Part shown: positions 27,413-37,405 of the stretch, piece after piece
Numbering within the stretch: the stretch's first letter is position 1
Layout of the letters: the number at the start of each line of letters is the position of its first letter
Origin: Candidatus Kaiserbacteria bacterium
GTDB taxonomy: Bacteria; Patescibacteriota; Minisyncoccia; Phycocordibacterales; UBA2100
DNA: 64,000 bases
Assembly (NCBI GenBank): GCA_016186695.1
Contig: JACPLC010000001.1
Coordinates: 174,706 to 238,705 of the forward strand
Direction of reading: 5' to 3'
Program-made: the position numbers and the translations under genes
The notes under the pieces: model-generated
What the model saw: only the letters and a program-made list of their open reading frames with translations
What the model was told of the DNA's origin: nothing
Databases searched by the model: none

Positions 27413-29245
27413 TTGGCTATGTGCGGAATATTTGCATACACGGGGAAGGGGACGAAAGATGCGGGAAAGGTGCTTTTGCATGGCTTGACCGCTCTTGAGT
27501 ATCGCGGCTACGACTCTGCGGGAATTTATACGCCTGAAAGCGGAAGTATAAAAACGCCGGGAGCGGTTGCCGAGCTCAAGAAAAAAGTCCCGAAAAAGTT
27601 CAATGGAAAAAGCGGCATCGCGCACCTTCGATGGGCGACGCATGGCGAGCCGACGAAAATAAATGCGCATCCGCATTCCGATTGTCAGGGCGAGCTCTGG
27701 ATCGTACACAATGGCATCATCGAAAATTTCAAGGAGCTGAAGGAAAAGCTTGTGAAAGCGGGGCATACATTCGTATCGGAGTCCGACACGGAAGTCTTCG
27801 CGCATCTTGTCGAGGAACATATGAAGAAAACAAAAGACTTCGAAAAAGCTGCCATTGCCGCGCTCAAAGAGATCCGCGGCACATACGGCATGGCGATTCA
27901 GTACAAGGGTGAGCCTGAGAAACTGATTGCGGCGCGCATGGGCTCCCCGATAGTGCTCGGCGTGGGCAAGCATGAGCATTTCATCGCCTCGGATGCTTCA
28001 CCGATCCTTCCCCATACGAAAAAGGTTGTATTTCTTGAAGACGGAGAGATCGCCGTCATTACACCCGAGACACACACGGTCTACAAACTCGAAGGAAGCC
28101 GTGTCACACGCGCTCCGGAGGAAATTGAGTGGAGTGCGGAAGAGGCACAGAAAGGCGGACACGAGCACTTCATGCTGAAGGAAATCATGGAGGGTGCCGA
28201 AGTAATCGAGAACACATTGCGCGGCCGCCTGATTCCGGAAAAAGGGCTCGCGAAGCTCGGAGGCTTGGAGGGTGTCACGAAGAAATTGGCGAAAATAGAT
28301 CGCATCATCATCGTAGCCTGTGGCACCGCCTACTATGCCGGCTTGGTGGGCGAGTACATGCTCGAGGAACACGCGGGGATCCCTGTTGAGGTTGAGCTTG
28401 GGAGTGAATTCCGCTACCGGAAACCTGTTATCAATGAGAAGACGATCGTGCTTGCGATTTCGCAATCCGGAGAAACACTGGACACACTTGAGGCGATACG
28501 AGAGGGGAAGCGACGTGGGGCGCTCACACTCGGTATCGTGAACACCGTGGGCTCCACTATCGCGCGCGAAACAGACGCCGGCGTCTACAACCACGCCGGT
28601 CCCGAAATCGGGGTTGCTTCCACCAAGGCGTTCGTTTCCCAGCTCGTCGCGCTTGCGCTTCTCACCATCTTTTTGGGAAGACAGCGGGGTATGTCTCTCG
28701 TGGAGGGAAAGAAAATCGCAAAGGAGCTGAAAGCGCTTCCTGCAAAGGTCCAGAAGATATTTGAAGAGAAAGGGGCGATCGAGAAACTGGCTCGCAAATA
28801 TTCGGGAGCGAGAGATTTTCTCTTTATCGGACGCAAGTATAGTTATCCGGTTGCTTTTGAAGGCGCGTTGAAGTTGAAAGAAATCTCATACATTCATGCG
28901 GAAGGATGCGGGGCGGGGGAAATGAAGCACGGTCCTTTGGCGATGATAGACGAAAAATTCCCTACAGTGGCGCTCGCACCCTCGGATTCTGTGTACGAGA
29001 AAGTATTCTCTGCGATCCAGCAGATAAAGGCGCGCAGGGGTCCGGTGATCGCGCTCGCAACGGAGGGAAACAGGGAAGTTGAAAAGATAGCCGACGACGT
29101 CCTGTATATTCCTGAAACACTCGAGATGCTCACGCCAATCCTTTCCGTGATCCCACTCCAGCTCTTCGCCTACTACTTCGCGCGCAACAAAGGCTACAAC
29201 GTCGACCGCCCTAGAAATCTTGCTAAATCAGTAACGGTTGAGTAA
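27413..29245 (+). CDS. glmS: Glutamine--fructose-6-phosphate aminotransferase (isomerising)
   Basis: N-terminal MCGIFAY (Cys2 nucleophile). Ntn glutaminase domain followed by two SIS domains. 610 aa, canonical. Confidence 0.9.
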   Translation: MAMCGIFAYTGKGTKDAGKVLLHGLTALEYRGYDSAGIYTPESGSIKTPGAVAELKKKVPKKFNGKSGIAHLRWATHGEPTKINAHPHSDCQGELWIVHNGIIENFKELKEKLVKAGHTFVSESDTEVFAHLVEEHMKKTKDFEKAAIAALKEIRGTYGMAIQYKGEPEKLIAARMGSPIVLGVGKHEHFIASDASPILPHTKKVVFLEDGEIAVITPETHTVYKLEGSRVTRAPEEIEWSAEEAQKGGHEHFMLKEIMEGAEVIENTLRGRLIPEKGLAKLGGLEGVTKKLAKIDRIIIVACGTAYYAGLVGEYMLEEHAGIPVEVELGSEFRYRKPVINEKTIVLAISQSGETLDTLEAIREGKRRGALTLGIVNTVGSTIARETDAGVYNHAGPEIGVASTKAFVSQLVALALLTIFLGRQRGMSLVEGKKIAKELKALPAKVQKIFEEKGAIEKLARKYSGARDFLFIGRKYSYPVAFEGALKLKEISYIHAEGCGAGEMKHGPLAMIDEKFPTVALAPSDSVYEKVFSAIQQIKARRGPVIALATEGNREVEKIADDVLYIPETLEMLTPILSVIPLQLFAYYFARNKGYNVDRPRNLAKSVTVE

Positions 29246-29299
29246 CAACGTGCTCCGCCAGCTGGCGGACTCGCGAAACCGGTAGCTGTCGAATAGTGT

Positions 29300-30364
29300 C
29301 TAGATTTTGATGATTTCCTCCCACGGGCGTCCCGCGACACCGAAGTGCCCGTAGGTGGCGGTCTCACGATAGATAGGGCGGCGCAGGTCGAGCCGCTCAA
29401 TGATGGCCTGCGGCCTGAAATCGAAATTCTTGGTCACGATTTTGGTAAGATTCTTTCCTTTTTCGTCGAACGCTTCGATCATCACGGGCTCGGCGCGACC
29501 GATCGCGTAGGCGACCGATACGAGCGCTTTTTTGGCGTAGCCGTTGGCCACCAAATTCTTTGCGACGAATCGGCACATATATGCCGCAGAACGGTCCACT
29601 TTCATCGGCTCCTTGCCCGAAAAACAACCACCCCCGTGTGGCATAAGCCCTCCGTACGTGTCGACTTGTATCTTCCGCCCGGTAAGTCCCGCATCGGCCT
29701 CGAAGCCGCCCTGCACAAACCTTCCCGTCGGATTTACGAGGATCTCGATGTTTTTTGTCGAGCCGAGCACGGGCGTGAAAAGATGCTTAATGAGTTTCTC
29801 GCGGATTTCTTCCTGCGAGACTTTTTTGTCGTGCTGTGTCGAGCACAGCGCGGTAATTACCTTGCCGTCGGCTATCGTGACCTGGGTCTTACCGTCAGGT
29901 CGTAGCCATTTCAGTGTCCCGTCTCGTCGCAATTTCTCGAGCCTGCGTGCGAGCGCATGCGCGAGGACGACGCCGAGCGGGAGCATCTCTTTTGTTTCGT
30001 CGGTCGCATAACCATACATGATGCCCTGATCGCCGGCGCCTCCCGTATCCACTCCCATGGCGATGTCGGGCGACTGTTGCGCCACCGTCTCGATAATCTT
30101 CAGTTTCTCCTTGTAGCCGATGTCTTTGTACACTTGTGCCGCGATTTTTTTGAAATTTACCTTCGCTTTCGTCTTCACTTCGCCGCCGATCATGAGCGTT
30201 CCGTGGCTTCCGAATACCTCAACACCTGCGCGACTGAAGGGGTCTTGCTTGAGCATCGCATCAAGAATAGCGTCCGATATCTGGTCGCAGGTCTTGTCGG
30301 GATGTCCGCACGTGACGCTTTCTACTGTGTACCTATTCAATAAATGGAACATGTATAAAACCAA
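29300..30364 (-). CDS. metK: S-adenosylmethionine synthetase
   Basis: GHPDKTCDQISDAILDA, GAGDQGIMYGYATDET, GGGCFSGKEPMKVDRSAAYMCR. The true start may be Met5 (30352). Confidence 0.9.
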   Translation of the reverse strand: MVLYMFHLLNRYTVESVTCGHPDKTCDQISDAILDAMLKQDPFSRAGVEVFGSHGTLMIGGEVKTKAKVNFKKIAAQVYKDIGYKEKLKIIETVAQQSPDIAMGVDTGGAGDQGIMYGYATDETKEMLPLGVVLAHALARRLEKLRRDGTLKWLRPDGKTQVTIADGKVITALCSTQHDKKVSQEEIREKLIKHLFTPVLGSTKNIEILVNPTGRFVQGGFEADAGLTGRKIQVDTYGGLMPHGGGCFSGKEPMKVDRSAAYMCRFVAKNLVANGYAKKALVSVAYAIGRAEPVMIEAFDEKGKNLTKIVTKNFDFRPQAIIERLDLRRPIYRETATYGHFGVAGRPWEEIIKI

Positions 30365-30588
30365 ATATCTCCCCTACGGGAGATTATTAGTAAGTGGTAT
30401 CTTGCCCGTTGGGCCGGATGGAGCACATTACTCTTCTCGAGCACGCTGCTGGTGGGTCGTCGAGCCGGAACTCTACCCACACTCTTGATACGATATTCAG
30501 TTGTGCGTTCAGTATATGGTCTCCTTCAAATTACGCAAGAACGCTTCGTTGCCAACGTCTGCTGGGCAATATACAGTAGTCGGATTGC

Positions 30589-31536
30589 ATGAAGAAGATT
30601 GTCACGATAGGAGGAGGCACGGGCAGTTACGTCGTCTTGCGCGGACTTAAGGAGTATCCGTTCTCCATCACCGCGGTCATCTCGATGTTCGATTCCGGCG
30701 GCTCGTCCGGCGTCTTGCGTGATGAATTTGGCATTTTGCCTCCGGGCGATATCAGGCGTGCGCTCGTCGCGCTCTCGGAGGGCACACGGGCGGAGATTCT
30801 CCGTGAGCTTTTCAATTTTCGCTTCGAGAACGGCGGAACGCTAAAGGGGCACAGTTTCGGCAACCTCTTTCTTGCGGCACTCTCTTCTATCTACGGCAGT
30901 GACATAGAGGCAATCAGAAAGGCGTCGGAACTTCTCGATATAAAGGGGAAAGTCTTGCCGGTCTCGCTCGACAATTCCAATCTTCATGCGATTCTCGAGG
31001 ACGGGAGTGAGATCGTCGGCGAGACGAACATCGACGTTCCCAAACACGACGGGAGCCAAAAGATAAAGAAAGTGTTTCTCGATCCTCCCGCGCGACTTTT
31101 TGAGGAGACTGCCGAAGCGATCATGGAAGCCGACACGATCGTCATAGGCCCCGGGGATCCGTATACCTCTGTCATTCCCAACCTGCTCGTGGGTGGCATG
31201 AAAGAGGCAATAGTAAAAAGTAAGGCAAAAAAAGTATTTGTATGCAACCTGCTTTCGAAGTGGGGAGAAACCCACGATAACGTTGCTTCCGACATCGCGC
31301 AGTCGGTGCTTTCATATAGCGGTCTTCCGAAATTCGACTATGCCATCTGCAACACCGCTGCTATGGAGCCGAAGCTTGTTGCCGCATATGAAAAGGAGAA
31401 GAAGTATCCTATCCATTGCGACGACAAACTCTCCGAGTACACGACGAAGGTCATCACGGGCGACTTTTTCTCCGAAGCCGACATAGCGCGCCACGATTCC
31501 GCAAAAATTGCAAAAACCATATCGGAGTTACAATAG
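30589..31536 (+). CDS. YvcK/ CofD-like (UPF0052, gluconeogenesis-factor family) protein
   Basis: MKKIVTIGGGTGSYVVLRGL...ITAVISMFDSGGSSGVLRDEFGILPPGDIR is the family signature. Confidence 0.8.
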   Translation: MKKIVTIGGGTGSYVVLRGLKEYPFSITAVISMFDSGGSSGVLRDEFGILPPGDIRRALVALSEGTRAEILRELFNFRFENGGTLKGHSFGNLFLAALSSIYGSDIEAIRKASELLDIKGKVLPVSLDNSNLHAILEDGSEIVGETNIDVPKHDGSQKIKKVFLDPPARLFEETAEAIMEADTIVIGPGDPYTSVIPNLLVGGMKEAIVKSKAKKVFVCNLLSKWGETHDNVASDIAQSVLSYSGLPKFDYAICNTAAMEPKLVAAYEKEKKYPIHCDDKLSEYTTKVITGDFFSEADIARHDSAKIAKTISELQ

Positions 31537-31540
31537 CAGT

Positions 31541-31993
31541 ATGCAAATCAAACTCGTGATAGCAATTGTCGTCCTTTTCATCGTCGTCGTACTCGGTGCT
31601 GTGCTCATCGCGACACCAACTCCCGCGCTTTCTCCCACGCTGACTCCTAGCGGCAGCGATGCAGAACCCTTTGTTTCCGAGAACGTGATTGTGACGGAAC
31701 CGCTCCCAGGTGGTTCGGTGCACAAAACCTTTACCGTACGAGGAGAGGCGCGCGGTACATGGTACTTCGAGGCATCGTTCCCGATCAAAATCCAAGATCC
31801 GAGCAACAACCAAGTGGGCCTCGGAATCGCACAGGCTGAGAGTGATTGGATGACGACGGAGTTCGTTCCGTTCCGCGCCGCCGTCACCGTTGAGAACTAT
31901 TCGGGTCCTGCGACGCTCGTTCTTGTCAAAGACAATCCGTCCGGTCTTCCGGAGAATGACGATGCCGTGGAATTTCCTATCGTGATACAGTAG
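31541..31993 (+). CDS. Small secreted protein with an Ig-like (Gmad2-type) beta domain
   Basis: The ORF track starts at 31508, inside the previous gene. Met 31541 (MQIKLVIAIVVLFIVVVLGAVLIA) gives a signal anchor. The C-terminal 100 aa has the VTEPLPG...VRGEARGTWYFEASFPI pattern seen in Gmad2/GerMN Ig-like domains. This identification is from memory only. Confidence 0.45.
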   Translation: MQIKLVIAIVVLFIVVVLGAVLIATPTPALSPTLTPSGSDAEPFVSENVIVTEPLPGGSVHKTFTVRGEARGTWYFEASFPIKIQDPSNNQVGLGIAQAESDWMTTEFVPFRAAVTVENYSGPATLVLVKDNPSGLPENDDAVEFPIVIQ

Positions 31994-31997
31994 AAAG

Positions 31998-32321
31998 ATG
32001 GAGAAAAATTCTGGCGAGGAATCTGTTCAAGATCAGATTTTTCGGCGCGAATTGGGTGATTTTGTTCACCTCTGTAATGAATACTGGGGAAAAAAGTTTG
32101 CAGTACTTCAAGCAAATCGCGATAAGGGGACTGAGGGTGACGAAGTATCGGCGGCTCGGGCGAAGCGCTTCGATAGAGAATATGCTGAATTCAAAGCAGA
32201 TCACATCGCCCTGCTGGGATTATTCAATAGATCAAGTTTCCGACGATTGACTGCCGATACAAAAGAAGAATATGAACGCCTAAAGCGGGGGTTGGAAAAT
32301 TTCATGCAAGGGCACCCATGA
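31998..32321 (+). CDS. Hypothetical protein
   Basis: 107-aa ORF with coding-like composition. It ends 1 bp before the nth start. No motif recognised. Confidence 0.4.
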   Translation: MEKNSGEESVQDQIFRRELGDFVHLCNEYWGKKFAVLQANRDKGTEGDEVSAARAKRFDREYAEFKADHIALLGLFNRSSFRRLTADTKEEYERLKRGLENFMQGHP

Positions 32322-32322
32322 T

Positions 32323-32988
32323 ATGTTAACCAGTTCGAAACTATTGCAGCGCCAAGCGCGTGCGCGAAGAATCCTCGCCTACCTCAAAAAGACATACCCA
32401 AAACCAAAGAGTGAGTTGAAGTACAAAACACCATTTCAGTTTGTCGTGTCGGTGGTTCTTTCAGCGCAATGCACCGATAAGGTCGTAAATCGTGTTACAG
32501 AGCCGCTCTACAAGAAGTACAAGACTGCACACGACTTTGCGAAGGCTAAACCGCACGTCTTTGAGAAAGAGATCTCGTCCGTCCCATTTTTCAGGAACAA
32601 AGCTAAAGCGATACGTTCGGCAGCGAAGGACATTGTGAAAGATTTCGGCGGGCGCATTCCCCGCACTGCTGGGGAACTGCAGGCATTGCACGGCGTGGGA
32701 TACAAAACGGCGCACGTCATCCTCGGCGAACTTTTTGGTATTTGGGAAGGCATTCCTACGGACACCCATGTAAAACGCTTCGCACGCCGCTTCGATCTAT
32801 CCACTCACACCGACCTCAAAAAGATTTCACACGATCTCGAAGCACTCGTTTCAAAAAAGGACTGGAAGTATGTCAATAATGGCCTCGTGCTCTATGGCCG
32901 CTACGTCTGTTCTGCGCGAAAGCACGATTGTTCAAAGCATCCCTTAACTAAACTCTGGCCGCCGGCTGCCATTCGTTGGCCGAAGTGA
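32323..32988 (+). CDS. nth: Endonuclease III (HhH-GPD DNA glycosylase/AP lyase)
   Basis: FQFVVSVVLSAQCTD, HhH LHGVGYKTAHVILGELFG, catalytic D in IPTDTHV. C-terminal Cys cluster CSARKHDCSKHP. Confidence 0.8.
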   Translation: MLTSSKLLQRQARARRILAYLKKTYPKPKSELKYKTPFQFVVSVVLSAQCTDKVVNRVTEPLYKKYKTAHDFAKAKPHVFEKEISSVPFFRNKAKAIRSAAKDIVKDFGGRIPRTAGELQALHGVGYKTAHVILGELFGIWEGIPTDTHVKRFARRFDLSTHTDLKKISHDLEALVSKKDWKYVNNGLVLYGRYVCSARKHDCSKHPLTKLWPPAAIRWPK

Positions 32989-33114
32989 ATCTTTTCTAGT
33001 TTCAGCGAGTCGGGTATATGCAGCTTTGGAGTCTTCGCGCAGGCCGACGGGCCGAGCGGGAGTGATTTTTCAGCAGAAAAATACGCGACTCCAAACTGCA
33101 TATGCCCGCGAGCG

Positions 33115-35487
33115 TCAATATCCTTTGTTTTTGATGAGTGTTTCGAGCAATTCGCGAGGATATATCGGCGAATTTTCTGAGAGGGCTTGATGGTAGAGCA
33201 CGGTCGAAGGCGTGAGACCGGGGAGGGTATTCACTTCAATAATGAGGAGTTCGCCGGTGCGGATGTGCGCGAAGGCATCGATACGCGAATATCCCTCTAT
33301 GCCGATCTCTTTGGCGAATGTTTCGACGCGCCGACGTATTTTTTCAACGATGGCCGGCTTCATAACCGAGGGTGGTGGAGGGGTCAGATTTATGCCGGTC
33401 CCGCCCTGAAACTTCTCCTCTACCGAGAGCACCTCGCCTTCGGCGATGGTTATTGAAGGGTTGAGCGCATGGATGCGGCGATCCTGTTCAATGACGCCAA
33501 TGGTTATCTCAACGAAACCCGTCTTCTTTGTGTGTTTAAGCGCGTTATTCCGCACGCGGAGGATGTCCGTTTCCACAAACGCTTCAAACAGCAAAAACTC
33601 CGGCGGCTCGGGCGGCATCTCGATGATCCCGGCCTGACCTTTAAACGTGAGCGGCGCTGCGTGCGGTGCTTTTTCACGAAGAAGTGTCAGGTATGCGCGG
33701 AGATCACTGGCCGAATACAAGTGGACGACGCCGGTGGAGCATCCGTCGCTCCGTGGCTTCACGACGAGCGAGCGCGCGGCGAGTGATTTTTTCGTCCCAT
33801 TCCAGAACTTTCCGAGACCGGTGTCGTTCATCTGAAGAAGGGTTTTTGTGGCGGCGATCGTTCCTACGGTCGCTGATACTCCCTCGATATTCGCGCGCCG
33901 GATGTGCTCGGCGGTTGCCCATTTGTCCATGCAGAGTTTCGAGGTGCGCGCTTCCGGTCCGTTGAAGCGTATGTGCCTCTGCGCAAGCTTCATCTGGAGC
34001 GTGCCATCCTCGCCTTTGCCTCCGTGAAGCGCATTGAAAAGAAATGCGCGCTCATTCAATAGCTCATCGAGCGACATCTTCTGCGGCTCAAAGAATTCGC
34101 GCGGATCTTTTTTTGCCGAGAAACCGAGATGCAGTCGCGCGCGCTCTTCGTAGAGCGCAAGTCGTTCTTTTGCCGCTTCGTAGTTCCTGCAATTTTCGGC
34201 AATCTCTTCGACCGTATGGTTCAGCGTAAGATGGTAGGGAAGTTTCCACACGGTCTCCCCGTCGGTGTCCAAAAGAAACGGGCGAGGTTCGTATAGCTTT
34301 GAGTTGCGCAGTTTGAGCCACACATTAGTGCCGCTCATTAAGGAGACCTGCCGCTCGGAAGTTCCGCCGCCGAAGAGGACCGAGACAGGTTTTCGCTTGA
34401 TGTGTTCGGCCGCAGAGTCGTTTGTCGGAAGACTTAACGAATAGCGCCTGCGGGCGCTTTCGAGAATGTAGCGTAGAGCATCGTGGTGGGTGAGACCTAC
34501 CCGAGCGCTCTGCTGGAAAAGAAAGCTGTTTTGCTCCATGCCCGAGACGATGTTGAAGTCGGAAAACCATATGTCGCCCGAGGGCAGGATCCATCCATCG
34601 AATCGCGCGAAGTCGCGCATGCCGAACAGCGCAAAGAGCTGTTCGGCATGCGCCTGAATGCGCTCGATCGAAAAATCGTCAAAGCGAGGTGGGCTGTGAT
34701 AGGTAACGTGGCGCGTCGGCAGATATTTCTTTCTGAAATCGAATATCTGGTGCTCGGTGTAGTCAGTCTCGATCTCCGTCGGCGGGAGTGCAACGGGGAT
34801 GCCGAATCGATTTTGCAGGATGATAACCGTAAATTCGCGTCCTTCGGCGAATTGCTCGATGACCACGCGCGTGTCCATTCGCTTTGAAAATATAAGGTCG
34901 GCTTTTTCTATTGCTTCTTCGGGTGTGGAAACGGAAAAAACGCCGATGGAAGAGCCGCCGCTGGCGGGTTTCACGATGGCGCGTTTGATACTGTACTTTT
35001 TGAAGAAATCGCGTGCGATCGCGAGGTGGTCCTTCGCATAAATTTTCAAAAGCGCCGATGGCATTGTAAAGAAGCCTTTTTCCTGTATGAATTGATTGCT
35101 TATGAACTTGTCGAACGCCTCTCTGCAGCTTTTTGAGCCGGAGCCAACAAAGGGGATATCGTACTTTTCAAGGAACTGCTGAATTTTGCCATCTTCGCCG
35201 TATGGCCCATGCATGACAGGAAACACAATGTCGGTCTTTTTCAGCGCACGAACGAACTGTTTTGTCGTGAGCGGAGCCGAGGCGTTCTTCAACTTGAAAT
35301 CAAAGTCAGAGGGCGTGTTGCTGTAAAGTTGCCCCGTGGAAATGTGATAGGCGTTTTTCTTTTGGTCGAGATAGAACGGCACGATTTCGATTCCGTCAGA
35401 ACTCAAATGGTCGAGGACTGAACGCGCGGAATTGAGGGATATACCCCGTTCAAGGGAAGGGCCGCCGCATATGAGTCCGATTTTCAT
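33115..35487 (-). CDS. Tandem fusion of two D-alanine--D-alanine-ligase-like ATP-grasp enzymes (790 aa)
   Basis: The first half starts MKIGLICGGPSLERGISLNSARSV and ends ...DFNIVSGME (Ddl EINTxPG). The second half starts KPVSVLFGGGTSERQVSLMSGT and ends ...LIIEVNTLPGLTPSTVLYHQAL. Both halves carry the Ddl N-terminal GG-S-E and C-terminal (E/D)xN(T/I)xPG motifs. Confidence 0.75.
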   Translation of the reverse strand: MKIGLICGGPSLERGISLNSARSVLDHLSSDGIEIVPFYLDQKKNAYHISTGQLYSNTPSDFDFKLKNASAPLTTKQFVRALKKTDIVFPVMHGPYGEDGKIQQFLEKYDIPFVGSGSKSCREAFDKFISNQFIQEKGFFTMPSALLKIYAKDHLAIARDFFKKYSIKRAIVKPASGGSSIGVFSVSTPEEAIEKADLIFSKRMDTRVVIEQFAEGREFTVIILQNRFGIPVALPPTEIETDYTEHQIFDFRKKYLPTRHVTYHSPPRFDDFSIERIQAHAEQLFALFGMRDFARFDGWILPSGDIWFSDFNIVSGMEQNSFLFQQSARVGLTHHDALRYILESARRRYSLSLPTNDSAAEHIKRKPVSVLFGGGTSERQVSLMSGTNVWLKLRNSKLYEPRPFLLDTDGETVWKLPYHLTLNHTVEEIAENCRNYEAAKERLALYEERARLHLGFSAKKDPREFFEPQKMSLDELLNERAFLFNALHGGKGEDGTLQMKLAQRHIRFNGPEARTSKLCMDKWATAEHIRRANIEGVSATVGTIAATKTLLQMNDTGLGKFWNGTKKSLAARSLVVKPRSDGCSTGVVHLYSASDLRAYLTLLREKAPHAAPLTFKGQAGIIEMPPEPPEFLLFEAFVETDILRVRNNALKHTKKTGFVEITIGVIEQDRRIHALNPSITIAEGEVLSVEEKFQGGTGINLTPPPPSVMKPAIVEKIRRRVETFAKEIGIEGYSRIDAFAHIRTGELLIIEVNTLPGLTPSTVLYHQALSENSPIYPRELLETLIKNKGY

Positions 35488-35525
35488 GTTTTTTGCAATA
35501 GTTATATGGTGTAATAGTCTTTATT

Positions 35526-36353
35526 TTGAGCCATGAAATTGCATCCAGCCTCCGTACACAGATCAAAGATAACACCTCTTGCACGAAAGGTATAGTACGT
35601 ATCCCCAGTGGCAGCCGCTCTGGTAGGATAAGGAGCGTGGCAAACAGGAAGCGAGTTTACCCTGAGCGAAGTCGAAGGGTAGCGGTATTTGATGTCGACG
35701 GTACAATGTTTCGCTCGAGCCTTTTGATACAGCTCGTCGGAAGGTTGATCGAGGATGGCGTGTTTCCGAAGGAGGCACGAAGTGTCTACGAGAGAGACTA
35801 CGAAAAGTGGCTCAATCGCGAGGGGGACTATCAGGAATACATCAACGCCGTTGTTCAGGCATTCAATAAATATCTCAAAGGTGTGCACTACGGTGCGCTT
35901 GCGGATGCCGCAGAAGAGATCGTCGAGGAACAGTGGAAACGAGTCTACCGCTACACGCGCGATCTCATTAAAGATCTAAAGAAGCGCGACTACTATCTTC
36001 TCGCCGTCTCGCATTCTCCAAAAACGGTGCTCGACAAATTTTGTCCGCGTATGGGTTTCGACAAAGCGTATGGCATCGTCTATGAGATAGGCCCGCAGGA
36101 ACTCTTTACAGGCAAAATGCTGGAAGAGCATCTCATTCTCAACAAGGCCGCGATCTTGAAACGCGCTGTCGATAAAGAAAATCTCACGCTCGAACATTCA
36201 ATCGGTGTCGGCGATACCGAAACCGACATCTCGTTTTTGGAAATGGTTGCCGAACCGATTTGTTTTAATCCCAACATGAAACTCTACACGTACGCGAAGC
36301 GGATGAAGTGGAAAGTGGTGGTCGAGCGGAAGGATGTAATATACGAGATATGA
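35526..36353 (+). CDS. HAD-superfamily hydrolase, subfamily IB-like
   Basis: Motif I VAVFDVDGTMF. The C-terminal GVGDTETDISFLEM matches motif IV. The annotated N-terminal 45 aa look non-native, so the true start is probably an internal or GTG codon just upstream of VAVFDVDG. Confidence 0.6.
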   Translation: MSHEIASSLRTQIKDNTSCTKGIVRIPSGSRSGRIRSVANRKRVYPERSRRVAVFDVDGTMFRSSLLIQLVGRLIEDGVFPKEARSVYERDYEKWLNREGDYQEYINAVVQAFNKYLKGVHYGALADAAEEIVEEQWKRVYRYTRDLIKDLKKRDYYLLAVSHSPKTVLDKFCPRMGFDKAYGIVYEIGPQELFTGKMLEEHLILNKAAILKRAVDKENLTLEHSIGVGDTETDISFLEMVAEPICFNPNMKLYTYAKRMKWKVVVERKDVIYEI

Positions 36354-37405
36354 AATTCGAGCAAACGCCGCGGCGAGAAGCACCGAAAGGCGGCAGAGAG
36401 GGGTTTGACGCGGACACGGAAAACAAGCGCGTCGCGTTCTTAGAAGATGCCGCGAAAAAATATTTAGAAGAAGATGTTGTTACTGTCGAATGGGTGGAAA
36501 ATATATTGGAGAAGGTCGATTTCAAGGAGGTGCGAAATATCTTCGCAGAGCATGCCCGCCACGCTGGTGTACCTGATGAAAAACTTAACTTTGTATGGCC
36601 GGATAGATTTTTTGTCCTGTCTGACGAACATGCCTCATCTACATTTCTATACGATCCGTTCGCAAACGCTGTGGTAATAAGTGGTAGCTTATTCAGATCT
36701 CAACTTGAGTCCAAGCAAGATGACGAGAACATCGCGCAGTACTTTCTCTTCGGTTTGTTTCATGAACTGGCACACATCACTGCGGAAAATCGGTTGCAGA
36801 TCACCGACGAAAAGCAAGGAGAACATTCAAAAATGCTGAACTACGCCGACGTGGGGATTATCTGTCGGTCCGGATTTAATAAGATTAATGTCTCTGATCG
36901 AGCAGCTTCCTTCGTAATGTTTGAAGAGGCAATTACGCAGGCAGTGGCAACAGAAGTTGGGAGGGAATATCTGAGGCGTCGTCCGCTAGATGTATTCGAC
37001 AATCGAATTTCCAGCACAAAATACGACGAATTCTGCAAAAGCGGGGTCGAGCGAAAAATGCCGCGAGTACTTGCCGGCCAAATGAGACATTTCCGTGCCG
37101 CACAGGGTTTTTTTGAACGGTTATCTGAACACGTAGCGAAAGAGTGCGGAGTCCCTAAGGATATCGCGAACCGTGCGTTTATAGCAGCGCATTATTCGGG
37201 ATCCGACCTTACTCCCGAACTGCGCGAACTCATTGACGGTATTGTCGGGCAAGGATTTATCGAACGTCTGGCTGGCGCGCAGACAAAGTCGGATTTTGAA
37301 CACATAGCGCGGACATATAAGTTCGCCCCCATCAGCGATTCCATGAGTAAGAAGGTCCTCAGATTCTTTGGATTTGCGCTCGAAAGCAATGAAAAAAACA
37401 GATGA
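36350..37405 (+). CDS. Hypothetical zincin-like protein (HELAH motif)
   Basis: The ORF track starts at 36308. ATG 36350 overlaps the upstream stop (ATGA), which suggests translational coupling with the HAD gene. It contains LFGLFHELAHITAENR (HExxH). No named family recognised. Confidence 0.5.
   Translation: MKFEQTPRREAPKGGREGFDADTENKRVAFLEDAAKKYLEEDVVTVEWVENILEKVDFKEVRNIFAEHARHAGVPDEKLNFVWPDRFFVLSDEHASSTFLYDPFANAVVISGSLFRSQLESKQDDENIAQYFLFGLFHELAHITAENRLQITDEKQGEHSKMLNYADVGIICRSGFNKINVSDRAASFVMFEEAITQAVATEVGREYLRRRPLDVFDNRISSTKYDEFCKSGVERKMPRVLAGQMRHFRAAQGFFERLSEHVAKECGVPKDIANRAFIAAHYSGSDLTPELRELIDGIVGQGFIERLAGAQTKSDFEHIARTYKFAPISDSMSKKVLRFFGFALESNEKNR

Noticed and set aside
30365-30588. Possible tRNA in the metK / yvcK divergent intergenic region (GGGTCGTCGAGCC... 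segment)
   Set aside because: No consistent acceptor, D, anticodon and T-arm set could be built on either strand. The region is more likely promoter DNA.
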